Position numbers and translations under genes: made by a program
Shown: piece by piece, positions 10,245 to 20,568 of the stretch
How the letters are laid out: the number at the start of each line of letters is the position of its first letter
Numbering within the stretch: the stretch's first letter is position 1
DNA from: an uncultured delta proteobacterium
Lineage (GTDB): Bacteria > Myxococcota_A > Polyangia > Polyangiales > Polyangiaceae
Length of the DNA stretch: 64,000 nt
Assembly: GCA_963696385.1 (NCBI GenBank)
Contig: CAVOKF010000004.1
Span: 576,001 to 640,000, forward strand
Direction of reading: 5' to 3'
The notes under the pieces: model-generated
Told to the model about the DNA's origin: nothing
The model's database searches: none
Seen by the model: only the letters and a program-made list of their open reading frames with translations

Positions 10245-11117
10245 CTATTCGGTAAGTCTCATGAGCTCCGCGGCGTTCACGCCGAGCTTACTGAGCGCCT
10301 CGTGAGTTCGCTTGTTGGGGATCGAGACGAGCGTCGGCATGCCTCCGGAAAGCCCGAGCAATGGCAAGAAGCTCATTCCGCTTTCGTAGCGAGCCGCAAG
10401 AGTCAAGGTATCCATGTCGAGCACGGCCGAAATGCTTGCTCGTTCCTGACCGAGCAACAGAAGCAGCGTCTTGTCGTACTTGCCGTGTTGCGCCGTGGCG
10501 TCGACGAAGGCAAGGGTCCGAATGGAATTTGGGACTTCGACCTTGGGGTCAAGATCGACAATGGAATAGTCCGCAGCGACGCGCCGCGTGACTTCCTCGA
10601 TGGGTCGCAGCTCGGCGGCGGCTGAATCGACCGCTTGCCAGAGCGATGAGTCGCGGAGTCCACCCGCGAGGTGACGCACGATCAGGCCGAACAGTGCCGT
10701 GTCGCGAGGGCGAGCGCGAAGTGCGCGATCAAACCGCTGTCCCGTGGCGCTGGAAAGCGCCGTTCGGGTGTCGATGGCACGCGCATCGTCGTCGGCCCCG
10801 GCGTACGGCTGGGTGCCGCCTCGCAACCATTTCGCGGCGCTGCACAGCCCATCGAAATCCGTATGGCAAACGATCGTGTCCACCGGCCCGATTCGCGCGA
10901 TCACTTCCGGCGTGATCATTTCAGGGCATGCGCCGTGCTCTGCCTTGGTCGAGAGGACAAACCGCGGATCGTCCCGGTACTCGGCGTGCATGACATGGTC
11001 ATGATGGTCGACCCAGCCGGCCAGGCGGGGGCCAAGCTCTTGGATGAACGGCAGGGTGATTTTCTGGAAGCCGCCGCCCGACGCTTCCGAGGCAAAAGCG
11101 ACGTCGAGCACGACCAC
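10245..11117 (-). CDS. DHH-superfamily-like phosphoesterase with permuted motif order
   Basis: VVLD, WVDHHDH, then HTDFDG. The frame is open upstream to 11207; the true start may be non-canonical (about 11186). Confidence 0.7.
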   Translation of the reverse strand: MVVLDVAFASEASGGGFQKITLPFIQELGPRLAGWVDHHDHVMHAEYRDDPRFVLSTKAEHGACPEMITPEVIARIGPVDTIVCHTDFDGLCSAAKWLRGGTQPYAGADDDARAIDTRTALSSATGQRFDRALRARPRDTALFGLIVRHLAGGLRDSSLWQAVDSAAAELRPIEEVTRRVAADYSIVDLDPKVEVPNSIRTLAFVDATAQHGKYDKTLLLLLGQERASISAVLDMDTLTLAARYESGMSFLPLLGLSGGMPTLVSIPNKRTHEALSKLGVNAAELMRLTE

Positions 11118-11285
11118 GCGTCCGGTCAGCTCCCGCGGGCGCGGGAGCTTTCGCGGAGATGCGAAGGCCAGCTCGGGTCGTGGCAGATGCGCAAGCGTCT
11201 TGCCTATTTAGCACGCGAGCACCGGATGGATCCGCCCGTCGCGTAACACGAAGTGCCGCAGGCGGTGAGCTACGCTCTCGATCCG

Positions 11286-11993
11286 ATGAGTCAACCGCCT
11301 GCCCGAGCTGAGCTGCCGATCCACTTCGACGTCAACGGACTCGTACCCGTGATCGTGCAGGACCATTTGACAGGCGAGGTGCGCATGTTCGCGTTCGCGA
11401 CGCCCGAAGCCGTGCGAAACACGCTCGATACCGGCCGCGCGACGTTCTGGAGCCGATCGCGAGCCGAACTTTGGGAAAAAGGCCGCACGAGCGGAAACAC
11501 GATCCACGTCCTGCGCGTCCTGGTCGACTGCGACGCCGACTGCCTGATCTATTCGAGCGAGCCTTGCGGACAAACGTGCCACACCGGCGCGCTGAGCTGC
11601 TTCTTTCAGACGCTCGAGCCGGCGACCGCCGACGCTGCGGGTCAACCACAAGCCAGGGATGTGCCCCAAGCGACGGATGCGCCTCAGACGATGCTGGGGG
11701 CTCTCGAAGCTGCACTCGAAGCCCGCAAGCACTCGACGGCCGGGGCCAGCTATACGAAATCCCTTTACGATCGCGGTCCGGTCGCGATCGGGGCGAAAAT
11801 TCGCGAAGAGGCGGGCGAATTGGCTTGTGCCATCGAGGGTGAAACAGACGAGCGCGTCGTTCGCGAGGCGGCTGACGCCGTTTACCACGTGCTCGTCGGC
11901 CTGCGATTACGGGGCATCCCGTTTCGTCAAGTACTCGCCGAGCTGGCGCGTCGCTTCGGCCGGAGCGGACACGATGAAAAGGCTTCACGTTGA
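11286..11993 (+). CDS. hisIE: Bifunctional phosphoribosyl-AMP cyclohydrolase / phosphoribosyl-ATP pyrophosphatase
   Basis: FWSRSR, WEKGRTSGN, DCDAD, TCHTG..SCF; SYTKSL, KIREEAGE, EAAD..YH. Confidence 0.95.
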   Translation: MSQPPARAELPIHFDVNGLVPVIVQDHLTGEVRMFAFATPEAVRNTLDTGRATFWSRSRAELWEKGRTSGNTIHVLRVLVDCDADCLIYSSEPCGQTCHTGALSCFFQTLEPATADAAGQPQARDVPQATDAPQTMLGALEAALEARKHSTAGASYTKSLYDRGPVAIGAKIREEAGELACAIEGETDERVVREAADAVYHVLVGLRLRGIPFRQVLAELARRFGRSGHDEKASR

Positions 11994-12019
11994 CACTGTT
12001 TCGGCCGACGGCCTATTCT
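11990..12019 (+). promoter_or_regulatory. Putative sigma70 promoter of the frzS-like gene
   Basis: TTGACA-N18-TATTCT, 37 nt upstream of the ATG. Confidence 0.6.
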
Positions 12020-12056
12020 CGATGGGCGCCGAGGGCTTGGCCTCCGCCGCTCGCCC

Positions 12057-14198
12057 ATGACGATCAAAGTCCTCGTATTCGAGAGTGACCCGGCGTTCGC
12101 CGACGAGCTCCGGACGGAGCTCGGCACACTCGGATGCGCGACGACGGTGGTTGACGACGGCAACGTCGGCTTGCAGCGAGCCGCCGCTGAAAAGCCGGAT
12201 CTGATCCTCCTGTCGATCGAGCTGCCGCGGATGAACGGGTTTTCGGTTTGCAATAAGCTCAAGAAGGATCCCACCCTCAAGGACGTCCCGCTGATCATCA
12301 TGTCGGCCGAATCGAGCGACGAGACGTTCGATCAACACAAGAAGCTGCGGACGCGCGCCGAGGACTACGTACACAAGCCGATCGCGTTCGCCGAATTGCA
12401 AAACCACATTCAGCAATTCGTCAATCTCGGAGCGTCGCCGCCGGATTCTGACGCCGCAATCCTAGTCGAGGAGATCGAGGTGGGCAGTGCGGATTACCTC
12501 ATCGATGAACAGGGCGAGGACGCAGCCGCAGCGTCGTTGATCGACAACGCGGGCGATGCGGCGACCGACCGGAACGAGCCCGTGGCCGCCGTGCCTCCCG
12601 CGGCAGCAGCCCGACGGTGGCAGGACGCCGCCGACGACGTGGACGCCTTGGCCGAAACCGCGTTCAGCCGGCTGACCGGGTTTGACGGTCCCACCCAGAG
12701 CGGCTCCGACACGCGTGCGGCCCCGAACGGATCGGCGCCGCCGGACTTGGGGATCACGATCCAGCCCATGGGCTCGGTCACGCCGCCGATCGCCCGCCGA
12801 GCCAGCGTGCGTCCCGTACCTCCGGGGACCGCCACCGTCGATGCGAACGAGCACGAGCGTCTCCGGGCCGAGTACGTCCTTCTTCGCGAGCAGACCGAGA
12901 CGGTTCAGCGGGAGCTCGGAGAGGCGCGACGCAGTGCAGACAAGCTGAGGATCGAAGCTGCGGAGGCTGGAAGACTTGGCCGTGAGGTCGACGAGCTGCG
13001 CGCGAAACTCAGTGCTGCGACCAAGTCTGGGGGCATCTCAAGTCGAGATTTTCTGGATCTGCGGGAGGCGCTCAACAAGAAGGACAAGGAGATTCTGTCC
13101 TTTCGTGAGCAACTCTCCAGAAAGGACCGCGACATCGTCGAGTCGCAGGACCGTGCGCTCGCGCTCGACCGGGCCAGGGCCGACCTGGAAGAGCGGCTCC
13201 TCGCGCTCGAGCGACAGCTGGCCGAAACGAAGGAGCTCCAGGACGCGATTGCCGATGAACGCGACCTCGCCAAGAAGACGGCGGAGGACATGCGCTCGCG
13301 GTTCGAGCGGGCCAAGACGGAGGGCGAAGCGCGCGAGCGGCAAATCTCGGAGCTGCGGGCGCGCAACGCCGACGAGCGCGTCGCAAGCGAGGTCAAACTC
13401 GCCGCGGTAAGGGCCGAGCTCGATCAGCTGCTTGCGAACGAGCGAGCGGAACAGGCTCGCACACTGGATCAGGCGGAGCAGCGCCGGCGGGCCGATCTCG
13501 AGCAGCTTCGGCGCGAGCGCGACGCATCCCTTGCAGAGCTGCGCGAGCAGGTCGACCGGGAGAAGCGCGAGGCCTTGAGCGGTCAGGCAGCTCAGCTCTG
13601 GCAAGAGCACGAAGCCAAAATTTCAAACATCCAGCGCGCGCACGGGCAAGAACTGGATCGCCTCCGGACCGAGACCGCCCAGGGCGCCCAGACGGCACTC
13701 GACGAGGTGCGCTCCCGTCACGCCGAGGAACTGAGAACGGTAGGCGAAGACCGTGACGCACGAATCGCCGCGCTGGAATCGCGCATGAGTCGCGAGATCG
13801 CCGAGGCGCGCGAGGTGACGGCGGCCGCCGAGGCCGACGCCATCGCAGTTCGGAACGAGCTTCAAGCCCTTGGCGAGCGCAAGCGGGCCGCCGACGCGGC
13901 CAGCCAAGGCCGGATTGGTGAACTCGAACAGCGGCTTGCTGAGCTTCAAGGCGCTCGCGATGCCCTCGATCAAGGTCTCGCTGCGGCGAGCGATCGAGCC
14001 ACGGCCCTGCAGAGTGAGCTCGAGAGCTTGCGGCGAGAGCTCGGGGAAGCGAAGGACCGGGTCGCGAGCGAAATCCTGCGAAACGATCAGAATCGTGCGA
14101 AGTGGGATGCGGACCGCCAGTCGCTGGATCGATCGAAGGACGCTTTGGCCGTTGCGCTCGCGCAGATTGAGGAAGTCGAGGGGCGTCCACTCGAGTAA
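12057..14198 (+). CDS. frzS: FrzS-like pseudo-receiver + long coiled-coil polarity protein
   Basis: Receiver lacks the acceptor Asp (LLSIEL). ESD, C.KLKKD, F.QH.KL and Y..KP resemble M. xanthus FrzS; long C-terminal coiled coil. An AglZ-like identity is not excluded. Confidence 0.65.
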   Translation: MTIKVLVFESDPAFADELRTELGTLGCATTVVDDGNVGLQRAAAEKPDLILLSIELPRMNGFSVCNKLKKDPTLKDVPLIIMSAESSDETFDQHKKLRTRAEDYVHKPIAFAELQNHIQQFVNLGASPPDSDAAILVEEIEVGSADYLIDEQGEDAAAASLIDNAGDAATDRNEPVAAVPPAAAARRWQDAADDVDALAETAFSRLTGFDGPTQSGSDTRAAPNGSAPPDLGITIQPMGSVTPPIARRASVRPVPPGTATVDANEHERLRAEYVLLREQTETVQRELGEARRSADKLRIEAAEAGRLGREVDELRAKLSAATKSGGISSRDFLDLREALNKKDKEILSFREQLSRKDRDIVESQDRALALDRARADLEERLLALERQLAETKELQDAIADERDLAKKTAEDMRSRFERAKTEGEARERQISELRARNADERVASEVKLAAVRAELDQLLANERAEQARTLDQAEQRRRADLEQLRRERDASLAELREQVDREKREALSGQAAQLWQEHEAKISNIQRAHGQELDRLRTETAQGAQTALDEVRSRHAEELRTVGEDRDARIAALESRMSREIAEAREVTAAAEADAIAVRNELQALGERKRAADAASQGRIGELEQRLAELQGARDALDQGLAAASDRATALQSELESLRRELGEAKDRVASEILRNDQNRAKWDADRQSLDRSKDALAVALAQIEEVEGRPLE

Positions 14199-14313
14199 CG
14201 CGGGTCATCGGCCCCGCGCGTTCGACCGGACCACGCGGTTTGCCCGGGTGGCGGCAGGCGCCCCCGACGTCGGGTGAGACGGATACGGTGGTATGGTCGT
14301 CGCTCGATATCGC

Positions 14314-15561
14314 ATGCCCATTCGTGTTCTCGTCGTCGACGACAGTCCGACCATTCGGAAATTGGTGAGCGCCGTGCTCGAGCGGCACGGCTTCGAGGCC
14401 TTGCAGGCCTCCGACGGACAAGCCGCCCTCGAGCGACTTCTGGAATCGACGAGCTTGCCCGACAGGGCCGGTATCGAAGCCTCCAAGATCGACGTCGTCC
14501 TCGTGGATTTCGTCATGCCCAAGATGAACGGATTTCAGCTGTGCCGCGCGATGCGCCGAAACGAGGCGTTGCGGTCGACCCCCGTGGTGCTGATGAGCGC
14601 GAAATCCGACCGGATTCGAGAACACTTCGTTCAGCAAACCGGAGCCATCGATGCCATCTCGAAACCGTTCGACGCCCAGGCACTCATCGCCGTCATCGAA
14701 AATGCGATCCGCCGGACGGAGCAATGGCGCTTACGCGGGGGCGCGATATCCGCCACGATTCCGGACGATCTCAATAGCGTCGAACCGCCGCCTGTTGCGT
14801 CTGCCGACGATGCGCCGCGCGTGGCTCTCATGGGCAACCTTTCGATTATTCCCATAGGGGCTGTCCTGCAGCTGCTTCAAATCGAGGCGCAAAGCGGCGT
14901 CTTGCTTGTGACCGACGGGACCATCGAAGTGACGATCACCATCGGGCAGGGCCTCATCGATCTGGTGCAAGCTCGCAACGCCGGTGCCGAGTTCCGTCTC
15001 GGCCGGTACTTCGTCGAGCTCGGGCTCGTGACGCCCGAGGACATCGACCGTCTCCTTCGCGATCCCCTTTCCGGTCAGGAAGCGGGCGCGTCGCGCCGCA
15101 AATTACTCGGCGACCTGCTGGTCGATTCGGGACGGGTTACGCCCGAGCAGTTGCGTGACGCGCTGGCTCGCCAGTCGAGCGAGCTCGTGTACGACGTCTT
15201 GCGATGGCCGCGGGGGCGGTTCGAGTTTCGAAGCGAACCTCCCCCGAGCCTCGCAAGCAGCGCGCGTCTCGCGTTGCCTGTCGCGTCGGTGGTCATGGAG
15301 GGCTTCCGTCGCGTCGACGAGTGGCGACTGGTCGAGTCCGGATTGGGCAGTTTCGAGTCCATTCTGCTCGCAGACGTTGGGGCGGTCGACGCGGTCGGGA
15401 TCGGCCGTCTGGCCGTGGCAGAGCAAAAGCTGCTTCGAATGGTCGACGGGGAGCGAACGGTCCGCGAGATCGTGGATCACAGTCACATGTCGAGCTTCGA
15501 TGCGTGTAAAATCCTGTTTCAGCTGCTCGAGTCTCGTCTCGTGCGTCGGCGACTCGCGTGA
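14314..15561 (+). CDS. Response regulator with DUF4388/PATAN-like domain
   Basis: Intact REC (VVDDS, LVDFVMP, SKPF); LMGNL...LQLL...SGVL, RLG..LV repeats, LRWPRGRFEF, MEGFRRVDEW. Confidence 0.88.
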   Translation: MPIRVLVVDDSPTIRKLVSAVLERHGFEALQASDGQAALERLLESTSLPDRAGIEASKIDVVLVDFVMPKMNGFQLCRAMRRNEALRSTPVVLMSAKSDRIREHFVQQTGAIDAISKPFDAQALIAVIENAIRRTEQWRLRGGAISATIPDDLNSVEPPPVASADDAPRVALMGNLSIIPIGAVLQLLQIEAQSGVLLVTDGTIEVTITIGQGLIDLVQARNAGAEFRLGRYFVELGLVTPEDIDRLLRDPLSGQEAGASRRKLLGDLLVDSGRVTPEQLRDALARQSSELVYDVLRWPRGRFEFRSEPPPSLASSARLALPVASVVMEGFRRVDEWRLVESGLGSFESILLADVGAVDAVGIGRLAVAEQKLLRMVDGERTVREIVDHSHMSSFDACKILFQLLESRLVRRRLA

Positions 15562-15947
15562 GCGAGCCGATCCTGTCGGGCGGCATCCTGGTGCAGGCGG
15601 ACCACGCAGTGTGCTTCGTGCCCGCGACCATTGCCGTCGAAATCGTCGCTCGGCCTCGGATTACCCCCGTTCCCGGAGCACCGCCCGAGTTGCTGGGAAT
15701 CGCACTGTATGCCGGGATTATCGTTCCGGTTCTTGCGATCGGTACGTCCAACGCCGAGATGATCGTGTGCCAACATGGGGGCGAGCTGATCGGGCTCTTT
15801 GGTGGCCGCGTCTTGCGGACCGGGTCCTTCGACGTCAAGGCCGACGGTCACGTCGAGTTCGACGGTCTCAGCGTACCGCCCTTGGACGTTGCCGCGGTTC
15901 GGGGACGCATCGAAGCCGGAGCGCTGGCTGCCCGCCGAACAGGTTAG
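15558..15947 (+). CDS. CheW-like protein
   Basis: VEIV..PRITPVPGAPPELLGIALYAGIIVPV; GTGA overlap with the upstream stop. Confidence 0.75.
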   Translation: MSEPILSGGILVQADHAVCFVPATIAVEIVARPRITPVPGAPPELLGIALYAGIIVPVLAIGTSNAEMIVCQHGGELIGLFGGRVLRTGSFDVKADGHVEFDGLSVPPLDVAAVRGRIEAGALAARRTG

Positions 15948-15967
15948 TTCGGAGCGAAGCGTGGCGC

Positions 15968-17269
15968 TCAACGCGGACCTCCGATCTCACTGGTCCCCGG
16001 CGCGACGATCACGTCGGCCGGCTCCCAGCTGTCTCCCAAGAACGTTCGCCATTGCAGCGCGTATCGTCCCCGTAGCAACATCGTGAGGGAGAGCTGAGCT
16101 CCCGGCGCAACCCACGCGACCGGCACGCCGTCGATCCACGCCACCCGAAGCTCGTCGCTCGCGTTGATGAGTAGCAGGCCCGCGTCGGGGCGAGACCTTG
16201 GCGTCTGCGCGTCCGGCCGAACCGGCAACGGTACGTCGACAGGGGCCGTCCGAAAAGCTGCGAGCTCGGCCTTCGAGACGAGCATCTCCGCGGCGGCGGC
16301 CGGCGGGGGCGCCGCGACGAAGTCCAGCGAAGGCGGCGGTGCGCTGAGGTCGAGTGCGGGAATGTCGATGCGACGAGCGATCGACGTCACGTCGAAGGTC
16401 AGCGCCCCTCGGGTCGTCCATCGCAGCTCGGCGTGGACCGGCAGCTCGTCGGGTGCGCAGACGGGCGTCGAAGCCGGAGCGCTCATCAACTCCAACAAGA
16501 AGCCGCATAGGAGCGAGCCGCCGTCGCCCAAATCGTGCAACGTGGCCAGTTCGAGCAGTGCACGCGAAGCCCTGGTCGACACTTCGACGCGGCGCGTCTG
16601 AGCGTTCAACCGACGGGGTCCCTCCCCAGTCGAACGCACGTACGCCGCAGAAAGCGGCGCCACGTCCAAGCGCAGTTCTCCAAGTAAAGCGCGGAGCGCC
16701 CCGGGCTCCGCGATTCGATAGGTCGCCTCGCCCGGCCAGAGCAACAGGTAACCGTAGCGATCGATGCGGGCGCGTAGCTCCGTCCCCGACGGAAGAACGA
16801 ACCCGCCTGAAAGCACGAAACGCGCGCGTGTCTGGGCCACTTCGACGGCGATCCGCGCTTCGGTTTTTCGGCGAGCCGCGTCGATGGCCGAACCGTTGAC
16901 CTCGGCTGCCCTCGGCGCGCTGGGTCCTTCGCCGCTCCGCACAGTGGCTTGCAATGCATACCCGGCTATTCCTCGTGCGTCGCGACCCCCCGGTTCGTGC
17001 GCGAGCTCGGTGGGCAGATCGGCCGAGAGAGCTTCGCCGCTTCGAAGCGGCTGCGGTCCCGGTCCTGCATCGGGCCCGGCTCCGGGCGACACGCCGGCAG
17101 CCGCCAGCGCGGGCAACGACGCGAGCGGTGCAGGCTCCGCTCTGGCCTGAGGACTCGTTGCCGCGTCTGGCGGATCGACCGGTGTACTCCTGCACGCGAC
17201 ACATGCGAAAAAGGAAAGCGCCGCCAGGATGACGACCTTATTGCTCATGCGCGACTTCGGTTCGGACAT
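15968..17269 (-). CDS. Hypothetical lipoprotein
   Basis: Hydrophobic N-terminus with CVAC lipobox; Pro/Ala linker; small beta domain at the C-terminus. Confidence 0.7.
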   Translation of the reverse strand: MSEPKSRMSNKVVILAALSFFACVACRSTPVDPPDAATSPQARAEPAPLASLPALAAAGVSPGAGPDAGPGPQPLRSGEALSADLPTELAHEPGGRDARGIAGYALQATVRSGEGPSAPRAAEVNGSAIDAARRKTEARIAVEVAQTRARFVLSGGFVLPSGTELRARIDRYGYLLLWPGEATYRIAEPGALRALLGELRLDVAPLSAAYVRSTGEGPRRLNAQTRRVEVSTRASRALLELATLHDLGDGGSLLCGFLLELMSAPASTPVCAPDELPVHAELRWTTRGALTFDVTSIARRIDIPALDLSAPPPSLDFVAAPPPAAAAEMLVSKAELAAFRTAPVDVPLPVRPDAQTPRSRPDAGLLLINASDELRVAWIDGVPVAWVAPGAQLSLTMLLRGRYALQWRTFLGDSWEPADVIVAPGTSEIGGPR

Positions 17270-17324
17270 ACGGGGTGGAGAGCGGCTTGTCGCGGCCGAG
17301 TATGCTAGTCAAGCCGGTCGACGC

Positions 17325-18443
17325 ATGCCGCAACGGGACCACTACGAGGTCCTCGGAGTCCATCGCGACGCCCCCCCCGAGGAGATTAAGAGCGCGTTCA
17401 AGAAACTCGCGGCTCAGAGCCATCCCGATCGCCATCAGGGCGACGCGGCGGCGCACGAGCGCTTCAAGGAGATCAATCTCGCGTATCAGGTGCTTTCCGA
17501 TGAAAACCGTCGATCCATGTACGATCGATTTGGGCATCGCGCCGAAGAGCCCGGCTCTCCGTTCGGTGCCGGCGGACCCTTCGCGGGTGGCTTCGTCGAC
17601 ATCAGCGACATTGCCGTGGACGGGCTCCTCGGCGATCTGCTCGGGGTCTTCGGCGTTGGGCGCGGCGACAAAGGCGACATCAAGCGCGAAATCGAGATTT
17701 CCTTCGAGGAGGCGGCTTTCGGATGCGACAAGTCCATGCGCTACGACCGCATCGTGGCCTGCGGAGACTGTCAGGGGTCGGGGGCGGCTATGGGGACGGT
17801 TCCCGACGATTGCCCCACGTGCAACGGGCGTGGCCGGGTGCGCTTGCAGCAGGGGTTGCTCCCGATCGCCGTCGAGCGCGCCTGCCCGAAGTGCCGCGGG
17901 ACGGGGCGCAGCGTACGTCACCCGTGTCCCACGTGTCGCGCCAGCGGTCTGGTCCAGTCGCGCGAGACGATTTCCGTGCCCATTCCCCCCGGCGTCGAAG
18001 AGGGTGCCACCAGGCTGGTGAGCGGCGCCGGCAATCGGGTGCGGCCCGATCGCGCCCCTGGCGACCTCGAGGTGCTCGTACATGTGCGACCTCATCTGTT
18101 CTTTCGACGCGACGGGGATGACGTCGTGTGCACCGTTCCCATTCCGTTCACCCATGCCGCGCTCGGCGGCGATGTCGAGCTGCCGACGCTCGACGGAAAG
18201 GGCAAGGTGCGGGTACCAGCGGGCACTCAACCAGGCGCCGTACTGCGCATCAAAGGCAAGGGGGTTCCGCATCGGGCAGGCCTCGGGCGAGGCGATCAGC
18301 GCATCGAGATCGCGATTGAGGTGCCGACTCAGCTCACCGAGCGGCAGCGCCTGATCCTCGAACAATTCGCAAAGGAGCTCGGTGAGCACGTTCACCCGCA
18401 GCGCAAGACGTTCACCGACAAGCTTCGCGACCTATTCGGTTGA
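17325..18443 (+). CDS. dnaJ: Chaperone DnaJ
   Basis: J domain with HPD, G/F-rich region, four CxxCxGxG-type repeats, C-terminal domain. Confidence 0.95.
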   Translation: MPQRDHYEVLGVHRDAPPEEIKSAFKKLAAQSHPDRHQGDAAAHERFKEINLAYQVLSDENRRSMYDRFGHRAEEPGSPFGAGGPFAGGFVDISDIAVDGLLGDLLGVFGVGRGDKGDIKREIEISFEEAAFGCDKSMRYDRIVACGDCQGSGAAMGTVPDDCPTCNGRGRVRLQQGLLPIAVERACPKCRGTGRSVRHPCPTCRASGLVQSRETISVPIPPGVEEGATRLVSGAGNRVRPDRAPGDLEVLVHVRPHLFFRRDGDDVVCTVPIPFTHAALGGDVELPTLDGKGKVRVPAGTQPGAVLRIKGKGVPHRAGLGRGDQRIEIAIEVPTQLTERQRLILEQFAKELGEHVHPQRKTFTDKLRDLFG

Positions 18444-18465
18444 ACGCGCGTGGAGGTGCGTGACT

Positions 18466-20493
18466 TCAACGCCGAAGCAACGCGTAGAGCCCCGCCTCGT
18501 CAATGACGGTTGTGCCGTATCTCCTGGCCTCATCGAGCTTGCTCTTTCCCGTCTTGCTGCCGCAAACGAGGTACGTGGTTGTCTTTCTGACTGCGTCGTG
18601 GATCTCGCCCCCCGAAGCGCGCACGTCGGCAAGAACATCGCCGCGCTTCTTCGACAGTACGCCGGTGACGCAGAAGCTCGACCCTTTGCCGGGGCCCTCC
18701 GCTGCGACTTCGGGGCGTGGCTGCGCGCGTCCGACGCCAAGCGCGCAGAGCTTGCGCATGAGCGCGCGTTGCTCGTCGTCGTAGAGGAATGCGACGACGC
18801 TTTCGACCATCTTGGGACCGAAGCCCCGTATGCTACCGACGTGCTCGCGAGCTTCCTCCTGCGTCCAGGAGAGCATGCGTTCGAGCGTGACGGCCTCCTC
18901 TGCCAGTTGACGTGCCGCCACTTGTCCCACTTGAGGAATTCCCAGGCCGCAGAGCAATCGATCGAGAGTGCGGGTTCGTGAGCGCTGGATCGAAGCGTGA
19001 ACGTTGCTCGCGCTCTTTTTGCCCATGCGTGCCAGCTTCGCGAACGTCTCTTCCTTGAGCGGGTAGAGATCGGCGACGTCGTGCACCACGCCTCGGTCAA
19101 CGAGCTGCTCCACGAGCGCTGTGCCCAGGTGATCGATGTCCATCGCGAATCGGCGAGCGAAGTAAAAGATGCGCTGTTTCACCTGCTCGGGGCATTGTCT
19201 ATTGGGGCAACGCGTCGCGGCTCCGACCCCAAGTTCGGGCTTGTCGTCGTCACGCAGATCGCGGACGACCGTCGTGCCGCACGACGGGCATTGCGCGGGC
19301 ATCGTGAACCGTCGCTCGTGACCGGTGCGAGTGGTCGCGTCGACCGCTACGACCTGAGGGATGACATCGCCCGCCTTTTGAATGGAGACGCAATCGCCGA
19401 TCCGCACGTCGAGTGCGTCGATCAGGTCGGCATTGTGCAGCGACGCGCGCGACACGGTGGAGCCTGCGAGCGAGACGGGGTCCAAGACGGCAACCGGCGT
19501 CAGCGTTCCGGTTCGGCCGATCTGCACGACGATGGACAAGAGACGCGTCCGCGCCTGCTCTGCCTTGAATTTGTACGCCATAGCCCATTTCGGAAACTTC
19601 GAAGTCGTGCCGAGGATGTCTTGGTGCCGGTAGGCGTCGACTTTGATGACGGCCCCGTCGGTTTCGAACGGGTACTGGGCTCGGGCGCGATCGATGGCGT
19701 CGACCTTCGCCGCGACGGCCTTCCAGTCGCACACCGATTGCCGGCGATGCGTGGGTAGGCCCAGTTTTTCGAGCCATTCGAGGCTTTCGTGATGTGTCTC
19801 GTGCAACGACGGGCCCTCGACGAGCTGGTAGAAGAGCGCGCGGAGCGGGCGACGTGCCACTTCACGTGGGTCGAGCATGCGAACGGCGCCGGCGGCGGCA
19901 TTTCGCGGGTTGGCGAACGGCTCGAGACCTTGCGTTTCGCGCTCCACGTTGAGCGTTTCGAGGTCGCGCCGATAGATGACGATCTCCCCGCGCAGCGTAA
20001 GCGTCCCCTGATGCGCGATTCGCAGCGGAACGCTTCTGATGGTGCGCACGTTTTGGGTGATGTCTTCGCCGGTTTCGCCGTCGCCCCGCGTGCTGGCCGC
20101 TACGAAGCGGCCGCCCTCGTACGTGACCTCGACGCTTGCGCCGTCCAGCTTGGGTTCAATGCAAAAGCGAGGGTGTTCGCCGTCCGGTAGGCCGTCGAGC
20201 ACGCGTCGGTGGAATTCATCGAGCTCTTCGGGCGTGTACGCGTTGTCCAGCGACAGCATGCGGACGGCATGTTTGACCTGAGCGACGGTCGTTCGCGCCT
20301 CGCCCGCGATGCGCTGCGAAGGCGAATCGGCCGTCGCGAGCTCGGGATGCGCTTGCTCGATGATCCGGAGCTCTCGCATCAGTCGATCGAAGTCGGCGTC
20401 GGCAACGACGGAATCGTCCAAGACGTAGTACCTGTAGTTGTGCGCATCGATCTCGCGCACGAGCTCCGCGTGGCGTTTCTCCGGGTCAGCCAT
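18466..20493 (-). CDS. ligA: NAD-dependent DNA ligase
   Basis: EPKLDG, TRGDG..GED, NPRNAAAG, Zn finger, HhH, BRCT. Confidence 0.97.
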   Translation of the reverse strand: MADPEKRHAELVREIDAHNYRYYVLDDSVVADADFDRLMRELRIIEQAHPELATADSPSQRIAGEARTTVAQVKHAVRMLSLDNAYTPEELDEFHRRVLDGLPDGEHPRFCIEPKLDGASVEVTYEGGRFVAASTRGDGETGEDITQNVRTIRSVPLRIAHQGTLTLRGEIVIYRRDLETLNVERETQGLEPFANPRNAAAGAVRMLDPREVARRPLRALFYQLVEGPSLHETHHESLEWLEKLGLPTHRRQSVCDWKAVAAKVDAIDRARAQYPFETDGAVIKVDAYRHQDILGTTSKFPKWAMAYKFKAEQARTRLLSIVVQIGRTGTLTPVAVLDPVSLAGSTVSRASLHNADLIDALDVRIGDCVSIQKAGDVIPQVVAVDATTRTGHERRFTMPAQCPSCGTTVVRDLRDDDKPELGVGAATRCPNRQCPEQVKQRIFYFARRFAMDIDHLGTALVEQLVDRGVVHDVADLYPLKEETFAKLARMGKKSASNVHASIQRSRTRTLDRLLCGLGIPQVGQVAARQLAEEAVTLERMLSWTQEEAREHVGSIRGFGPKMVESVVAFLYDDEQRALMRKLCALGVGRAQPRPEVAAEGPGKGSSFCVTGVLSKKRGDVLADVRASGGEIHDAVRKTTTYLVCGSKTGKSKLDEARRYGTTVIDEAGLYALLRR

Positions 20494-20568
20494 CGAGGCG
20501 CACGATCATAGGCGCTCCGCTGGCCTCTGCACCGACGCCCGTTACAATACCGGGCTACAAGAGATTCG

